Source: Octopus sinensis (lineage: Eukaryota). From it: a DNA stretch of 64,000 nucleotides. The stretch lies in assembly GCF_006345805.1 (NCBI RefSeq), contig NC_043003.1, positions 72,168,001 to 72,232,000 of the forward strand. The letters are read 5' to 3'. The translations under genes and the position numbers were made by a program. The first letter of the stretch is position 1. Each line of letters opens with the position of its first letter. Under the pieces are notes generated by a model. It was not told the DNA's origin and searched no databases. It saw nothing but the letters and a program-made list of their open reading frames with translations. Positions 55,921 through 64,000 of this stretch are shown one piece after another.

Positions 55921-57050
55921 CCCAACTGATCCACTGGATTTGTCAAGGTGATGATATCCTCTTGTGTCGTGCTTTGAACAGCATCTATAATAGCATTCCA
56001 GAGGGCAACTTTACTTGACAACTGCAGTCCATCTTGGTAAATGCGTCTCTTCAGAACTCTCCACAGGTCCTGAATCAGGTTTAAGTGAGAGAAACAAGGC
56101 GGCCACTCCATCAAACGAGCTCCAGAGAAGCCTATTTGCTGCAGGTATTCCTTAGAATCCTTCGCTGCATGAGGCGGGGCGTAATTTTGCATAAAGACCA
56201 GCTTTCTCTTGAATGAAAGTTTTTGCTTTCTGAACCACGGTTGGAAATTGTCCTTTAAGAAGGTAACATATATTTTCGATGTCCTCTTAATGCCATCTGG
56301 GATTTTCCATGGCCCGACCATCATACTACCAACGATGCCAGCCCAAAACAAGAAACACCTCGCCCCTGCTGGCGTGTCAAATTATGAGGACGGTTCCTTC
56401 TGATTGATACTCAACCTTTGCTCCAGCCATCGGGTCCGTCGAGGGTAGCACGGCATTTGTCAGTGAATAGAACTGTTGATAAATCTATCTTTATGTATTC
56501 TTCTGCCCATTTCATTTTCTTCTGCTTATGAACAGCCTTCAGAGGATCCTTGAGACAGGTTTAATATTCATGACTACCTGCTTCAAGAGGGATCGCCTGA
56601 TAGTTTTCGATACGTCTTCACTGCCACAACGTTTGAAGACTTCCCTACTTGTCAGACATGGGTTCCGCACATCTTCCCTTATCACACGTGACAAAGTACG
56701 ATTCGAATCAACCCTCGAATTACCCCTAACTGCCCTCGATCGGTCATAAATAGGAGACTGCATAAATATCTTCACTGTTCGGCGATCTCTTCCCAGTATT
56801 ATTGATATTTCTATTAGTTGTTTTTCCTTTTCCAAGCTTTGGCACGATGGTAGACTTCTCGTTCGATCTAAGATCACGCTTCTGATCCATAATGACAATT
56901 AAATTGGGCACTTGCTTAAAAATTTAGGACAACAGAAATGTTGCTGCTACACAATAATGGCCGCCGTTTGTTTTCGTCTGCGCATGTCCGATTTATTTTA
57001 CCAGATTATGCGCAGATAGGTGTTGCGAACAGTCAATGGGAAAACAACTG
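55921..57050 (-). mobile_element. Tc1-like transposase relic, DD37E (TRT)-type spacing
   Basis: HTH region EISIILGRDRRTVK; VLFTDKCRATLDGPDGW; MFWAGI; MQNYAPPH and WPPC..LNLIQ with 37 residues between the decayed D and E positions; truncated at a (TAGG)n tract. Confidence 0.9.
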
Positions 57051-57128
57051 GTTTTAAACGAATATACATTTATTTATTGAGAGAAGGTTGATTAGCCTAA
57101 TAATGTGGGACGCAGTGTGTAACACACA

Positions 57129-57210
<82 letters not shown>

Positions 57211-57258
57211 TATATAATATATATATATATATTATATATATATATATTATATATATAT

Positions 57259-57380
<122 letters not shown>

Positions 57381-57765
57381 AAGCTTCGCATACCACAAAA
57401 AAAAAAAAAGGTTACGCACGGACACATTTCTAGCAAACTCGAGGATGATGCTAATATAAACAAAAACTGTAGACTTCTTGGATTCGTGTTCGTTACATCA
57501 CATAACCTTCGAAGGTTATATCTTTGCAGTCCAAGAGCATGAGACAGTTACGAAATATCTAATGATTAAAAGACAGTGAAACCTTTAAGTTCCCTTGATG
57601 CGACCGTAAATGTCAATGAGCTCACTTATCTGTGGAAGATATTTAACATGTGTTTAGTTACTGTCCAAAAGTGCCTTTAAGATTCTTTGCTAAAATAATA
57701 TACAATTTGCATGAAAGTCTACTCTGGGATAAATACAGAGAAATATCCCTGTCATTGACTATGGA

Positions 57766-58147
57766 TGGAAGCACTCCGTCGGTTACGACGACGAGGGTTC
57801 CGGTTGATCCGATCAACGGAACAGCCTGCTCGTGAAATTAACGTGTAAGTGGCTGAGCACTCCGCAGACACGTGTACCCTTAACGTAGTTCTCGGGGATA
57901 TTCAGCGTGACACAGAGAGTGACAAGGCCGGCCCTTTGAAATACAGGTACAACAGAAACAGGAAGTAAGAGTGAGAGAAAGTTGTGGTGAAAGAGTACAG
58001 CAGGGATCACCACCATCCCCTGCCGGAGCCTCGTGGAGCTTTAGGTGTTTTCGCTCAATAAACACTCACAACGCCCGATCTGGGAATCGAAACCGCGATC
58101 CTACGACCGCGAGTCCGCTGCCCTAACCACTGGGCCATTGCGCCTCC
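57766..58147 (-). mobile_element. Full-length SINE family B with 10-bp TSD
   Basis: Reverse complement of 6688-7074; TSD cattgactat at 57753-57762 and 58158-58167. Confidence 0.95.
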
Positions 58148-58732
58148 CCTGGGGAAGCATTGACTATATACACCTGTATCAATACAGGGAGTTTTGATGG
58201 AAGATTCCTTTCGAAACATTCTTCAAGAGCAAACGTAAAAGGCTTATATATTTATTGGAAAGAAGAGAGAAGCGACATAGTCACAAAGGTTAGCTACTCT
58301 ACAGTTGCTTTCGCTTTTTTTTTTCCAAAATCAATAAGAAGAAAGTTTAGAGATAAATTCTTGGACACTTGTGGGTTTTCCATCATGATTATAAAATCGT
58401 ACTTATAATAATAATTATTTTTGCGTTCGGTTATGTTTGAAAATGTCACAGTAGCAATCTCAAAAAGCTATTCGACGTCTAACATTAATAGTCTCAGTTA
58501 TCCAAATTCCAGTTATGGAGTATTGTTGCTTTGTTACCAGCTTGTTCCTTATCAGAGAAATCCTGTTAATTAAAAAGGAATCATACGCACGCCTAGAAGT
58601 AGATACGTGTATTTACATACATATATGAATAAACACGTACTTACATATATACTATATACTTATATACGTAAGCATATGCAACATGTATGCGCACATTGCA
58701 CATACATACGTACATACCTATGTACATAATAC

Positions 58733-58789
<57 letters not shown>

Positions 58790-59086
58790 TACATACGTAG
58801 GTACATACGTAGATGTATACATACATACATACATACATACATACATACATACATACATACATACATACATACATACATACATACATCAAGCCAGAGTGCC
58901 AAGTCTAACTAATCGGTACGAAAGGTGTCGGTTTAAATAGCATTTGCACGCTGCAGTGCATCGCACAGATAACAGCTACTGAACAGTAGAGAGAGTACAG
59001 TTCTATATTTAAGAGATGAAGAATTGTATACATTATTTACATTATTTACATTTGACGGATATTTGCCCTCATCTTGTTTGTTGTTA

Positions 59087-59127
59087 ACACATTTCGGCTG
59101 ATATACCCCCCAGCCTTCATCAGGTGT
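59087..59127 (-). ncRNA. Type I hammerhead motif with a damaged stem III
   Basis: Minus strand acac-CTGATGA-a-ggctg-loop-cagcc-GAAA-t-gtgt; cleavage-site nucleotides appear deleted. Confidence 0.6.
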
Positions 59128-59186
59128 CTTGGGGAAATTTCCAACCTGGGTTCTCATTCCTAAGGTATTTTTCGATCTTGTTGTTG

Positions 59187-59243
<57 letters not shown>

Positions 59244-59282
59244 TATTATTATTATTATCATTATTATTATTATTATTATTAT

Positions 59283-59817
59283 TGAGTGAGAGAGCAGTGC
59301 ATGCCATCAAAGTGACACTGGGGTAAGATATACGAAGCCCAGTATACCCATCATGACTACCCGTCTGATAAGGGTACACCAGGCACATGCATCACAACCA
59401 TATGTGCGCGACATGGTGATCTCATATGAAGATAATCAGCATATGAACTTGCAGGTGGGACCCAGTTACAATTTTCTTCCGGTCGAGTAACCCATCCCGC
59501 TCAAAAGGTCCCTGAATAAGGGTTGTTTAAGGATGTTGAACGAAACACCTATGTCTCCAGAGGTGAATTATTCAAACTCCATAGAATCCCTCTCAACACA
59601 TGGTTATGATGCTCCCCCACTACTTCCGCTCATGATCAGAGATGCACATATTGTCAGCCACTAAAGGACATGCTCAACTGGTTAAGGTCAAACAACTAAC
59701 AAGCAAATCTGTTGTATTGAGCAGAATATTTGCTGTAGCCCATCTTTTATACTAAAACAAAACAATGTACATGATAACACTTTCAATCAGTTAAGATCAG
59801 AAGCCATGAGAGCCACT
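59283..59817 (-). mobile_element. ~540-bp (TAA)n-targeted retroposon, copy 4
   Basis: Same left end as copies 1 and 2; about 25 nt shorter at the right end. Confidence 0.9.
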
Positions 59818-59831
59818 TATTATTATTATTA

Positions 59832-59900
<69 letters not shown>

Positions 59901-59975
59901 CATTATTATTATTATATCATCATTATTATTATTATCATTATCATCATCATTATTATTATTATTATTATTACTTTT

Positions 59976-60298
59976 TTTTTCTTCTTTCAAATTTTCTTCC
60001 ATTTCTTGCCGAGTGTCTTCCCGACTCCTAGGGCAAAGAAACTCATAGTGTATATTGGTAGGCCATTAAACCAAACTCAGTAGTTCGTTCATTTTTTTTT
60101 TTTTTTTTTAAAGTTAAATTAAAATGCATGAGCAGCAACAGTTCTCACATCAACAATGCTCTTCTCAATACGTGTGATGTACCAGTTAAGACAATTTTTT
60201 GCACTTCTTGCAGGGATGGTAAGCCAGGGATCATTCTCATATAATTTTCGGTTCCCTTCTTGATCATTCCTAGTGCTCCTACGATCACTGGTATTGTT
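59976..60298 (-). mobile_element. Dong 3' fragment, same subfamily as the long copy
   Basis: Reverse complement closely matches about 23694-24010. Confidence 0.95.
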
Positions 60299-60302
60299 AT
60301 TA

Positions 60303-60349
<47 letters not shown>

Positions 60350-60380
60350 TATTATTATTATTATTATTATTATTTATTAT

Positions 60381-60456
60381 CAGGTCACTGCCTGGAATCG
60401 AACGCGAAATCTTGGGGTTAGTAACCCGCGTTCTTAACCACTATGCCATACTCCTG
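60381..60456 (-). other. tRNA-like segment with Pol III A and B boxes in the PLE 3' region
   Basis: A box TGGCATAGTGG (60448-60438), B box GTTCGATTCC (60403-60394); acceptor stem not intact. Confidence 0.8.
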
Positions 60457-62671
60457 TGGGTAATTATGGAGTGAATTTTTTTAGGGCTTAATACCGGGTC
60501 CCATATGCTATTCATATCTGCACTCGGTCTGCTTAGGAGGGTGCTGTGCCCTAGCATATGAGTTGCTTCTTTTAGTTTTCGTATTTTCCATTGGTGTTCT
60601 CTGTCAATTATTTTAACTTCACCCCACAGGGGAAGGTGGTCCCCATTTTTCCATACGTGATCAGCTATACCCGTTTTATCAACATCTCCCCGTGTCACAG
60701 CTTTGCGATGTTCCTCTACCCTTATTTTGAGGAGGTGCCATGTTTCGCCTTTGTATAACCTACCACAGCTGCATGGGATGGAGTACACACAGGGTTTGGT
60801 CATTTTCTCTTCTATTGGTGGTTTTACTCGAAGGAGATATTTGCGAAGTGTTGTATTATTTTTTTTTAATAATGTCTTGATGTCATATGGCCCGCATGTA
60901 TTTTGCATCTTCTCGGAGAGGCCTTTCACATGGGGTAGGCAGAGTGTGGACAGTTTATCGGTTTAATCCTCTCTTTTCTTCATAATTAGAGTGGAGAGTA
61001 TGCATTTGGGACAGTTGTTGCTTAATAGATTGTTACTGAGCTTGATCATTTCTTCGTGGTGGGTATCACGATCACTACTTATATTGCTTGCTCGATGTCT
61101 TAGGCATTGAACAATTCCTTTCTTTACACTGTATGGATGGTGGGAATTGAAGTTGAGGTATCGTCCAGTGGAGGTCGGCTTGCGGTATACGGATGTCCTG
61201 AATCCATACTTGGTGCCTGTTATTAATATGTCCAGGAATGCTAGCTGATTGTCGTTTTCCTTTTCCATTGTGAACTGTATGGATGGCTTTATTGAGATCA
61301 CATGATCTAACAGCACTTGGATATCTTCCTGATGGGGCCAGATTATTAAGGTGTCATCAACATATCGTAGCCATAGTGTTGGTATTAGTGGTGTTGATTC
61401 TAAAGCCAAATTCTCAAAGTATTCCATGTATATATAGGCTATTATCGGTGATAATGGCGAACCCATAGCTAAACATTCTTCTTGTCGATATATATCAGCG
61501 TCCATGCTGAAGTAGATAGTTTCTACACAGAAGGTCAACATTTCCATCAAGTTTTTTCATTGATATACTAGTGCGTTCTTTTAGATGGGTGTGTGTCGCT
61601 AGTTTTTCGTGTATCACCGATAGTGCTTCACCAGTTGGGACTTTAGTGAACAGATCTATCACATCTAGACTCACCATCTGGTTGGATTCAATGGAGGTAT
61701 TCTTGATCAATTCTGTGAAGTGGGTGGAATTCTTCATGTACGATGTTGACTTTCCTGCTAATGGACTGATTATATCCACAAGGAAGCGACTCAGTGGATG
61801 ACATGCTGAACCTCTACAGCTCATTATAGGTCTTAATGGAATACCATCTTTATGAATCTTAGGGAGACCGTACATGTGTTGTAGTTTACTGTAGTGTTGA
61901 GTCAGTTGTATGTACTTCATTGGTGTAAAGTAATCCTTGTTTTTGATCAAGATCTGCGACAACTTCTCTGTTTTCAGAGTTGGATCTTTCTTTACTTTGC
62001 TGTAGCTACCATCACTTATAAGACTTGCCAATTTTTCAGAGTAGTCAGACTTGTTCATCACCACTGTAGAGAGAGGAATGAGTAAATTACATATGTACTA
62101 GCAGTAAAAATAATAACATATTGGGTGTTGGTGAGGAATAAACGTTTACAGCTGTTACACATTAAATTTGGGAGAGATACACTCATCATACCAGCATGTA
62201 CTTCTCGAGTACATGTCTGACAAGTTAGATGGAACCAACAACATTTGATTGGAGGAGTGTATTTGTGGTAAATGCTTCACACCTTTCTGAGAAAGGATAC
62301 CCATGCGCTGCTCAGAAACAGGAGATGGCCAGTAATTACTTGATCAATAAGCGAGATACGGATTCCTCTAAACATATTTTGTGATATAGAATGTCAATTG
62401 TGCCACATCAGTGTTGAATATATCACTTGCATCACCTACAATTACTTCAAAATATCCGCAATGTACTACCTTACTATAGGATATAGTTTCCAAAACTGTT
62501 TCCGGTATTATCCGTTGAAAGAAGGTGGCGAGCTGGCAGAATAGTTAGTACTAGCAGTATAACCCGGCTTTGCCAGGGATTAAGTTAGGATTATTAAGCT
62601 AATCAAGTTCTTTATTTCAAACCAAACTAACATCGACGCCAAATTTGGGCGAAATCCGTTGAAATTGGTTT

Positions 62672-62704
<33 letters not shown>

Positions 62705-62790
62705 TATATATGGGCAACACACACACATATACACAAACGTACGTACGTACACCTATTGCATACATGCTTTTTATACACATACATGTTCGC

Positions 62791-62842
<52 letters not shown>

Positions 62843-62879
62843 TGTCCATATATCAACAAAACACTTTTTTCTTCGAAGG

Positions 62880-63690
62880 AAAAACTACATAAGTCTCAAG
62901 AACTTACTCGTCGCTAGAAGGGGACTTAACTCCTGTTTGCAAACAATAGTGATTTCTCCGACTTGAAAATTGTTAAAACTTCGGTCTCTGTTTATGAAAC
63001 CGGGTTTAAATCGTCTCTGCTTATGCGGATGGTGTCCTCGAAAGGAACGGCTGAGGTGGTATAGGTGTTTATTGCATGTCATCACCTACCGCCTAACCGT
63101 TGTCCCTTGCCTCGATTTGTGGCTAAAGAAGTTGGAGCGCCCTCTTTTCCGCATTTTGTGGAAGAGAGAAAAGCCACTTGTAAGGCGCTTCGTTTGCTGC
63201 CAGGAACCACTATAGGGTGGGTTAGGGATGCCCTGGCTAATAATGCGCAGAGATGCGTTGAGGCTGAGGCATCTCTGGCGTTACCTGGAGGGTGATAAGG
63301 TGTGGAATCCGCTGGCTGAGGAATTCTTTCCGCGACGATCCTCTTTGGAACGATTTAAACCCCGTTTCATTAAAAGACGTAATCAGACTGAATGGCAAAA
63401 GGAGTGTCGACAAGCACTTGTACTTATCCACAAGATGAGCAAGGCCGGCAGCAGGAATACCACCTCTGTATTCTATAGAAGGCTGGTAGAGCACAAAAAC
63501 CATGACGCCTTAGGAGGGGCTCCGGGGTTCGATGAGAACCAACTTACCAACCTATTCAAGAAAACTTTCGGGCCAGGGTATTTGGATAATTACCAAAAAT
63601 CCCTGACCTGAAAGTGCTTCAGGAACGCTTTACCTGTTAGCGATAATTTATCCAGGCACGGAATATTAGTTCCAACGACATGTCCAAGAT
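62880..63690 (+). mobile_element. Tx1/L1-like ORF2 C-terminal fragment
   Basis: ITYRLTVVPC..KLERPLFRILWK..PLVRR and GLGMPWLIMRRDALRLRHL; parallels 30090-30330. Confidence 0.85.
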
Positions 63691-63776
<86 letters not shown>

Positions 63777-63819
63777 CAGAAAGATGGATAGATAGATAGA
63801 CAGACAGAAAGATGGATAG

Positions 63820-63990
63820 GTTTCAAATTTTAACACAAGGCCAGCAATTTTAGGGAGAGGTTAAGTCGACACCAGTATTACACTGGTTCACCAAAAGAAT
63901 GAAAAACAAAGTTGAACCCGCAGCACCTGAACTCCAAACGTAAAGTCGGAACATGCCGATAAACATTCTAGAAGTTCGCTGCCTTAAGTA
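63820..63990 (-). mobile_element. Diverged SINE family C
   Basis: gtttcaaattttaacacaaggccagcaattt...taagtcga...aagaatgaaa. Confidence 0.65.
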
Positions 63991-64000
63991 GATCGATCGA

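Larger units (their letters stand above)
58997..62068 (-). mobile_element. 5'-truncated Penelope-like element (RT + GIY-YIG) with nested insertions in its 3' region
   Basis: YGLPKIHK..PLRPI, AMGSPLSP, WLRYVDD, FLDI, VYRKPTSTGRYLNFNSHHP, VYSIPCSCGRLYKGET..R..EH; frameshifted; joining 58997-59190 to the element is inference. Confidence 0.9.

Noticed and set aside
58940-58968. miR-33-like sequence (also gtgcattgca on the minus strand near 12321)
   Set aside because: Only short partial similarity and no pre-miRNA hairpin seen

Overview
Eukaryotic, AT-rich, microsatellite-saturated animal DNA. The SINE families and repeat landscape suggest an octopus/coleoid cephalopod; this is an inference from recall, not a search. 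Most of the window is transposable-element debris: a near full-length but disabled R4/Dong-type RLE LINE (about 20035-24035), a train of Dong 3' fragments and a ~540-bp non-coding retroposon sitting in (TAA)n tracts, several Penelope-like elements (PLEs) carrying hammerhead ribozyme motifs, Tx1/L1-like, RTE and Jockey/CR1-like LINE remnants, a DD37E Tc1-like transposase relic and at least three SINE families. Host-gene signal is small but clear. (1) A terminal coding exon (3359-3870, +) encodes a very basic protein with an anaphylatoxin-like CC..G...C...C...FxxCC pattern. (2) A promoter plus signal-peptide exon (53258/53282-53333, +) is splice-compatible with that exon but lies 50 kb downstream of it. 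(3) A candidate two-exon 68-aa secreted prepropeptide lies on the minus strand (10604-11074). Most ORFs in the track are microsatellite artefacts. All calls are by eye and no database search was run.
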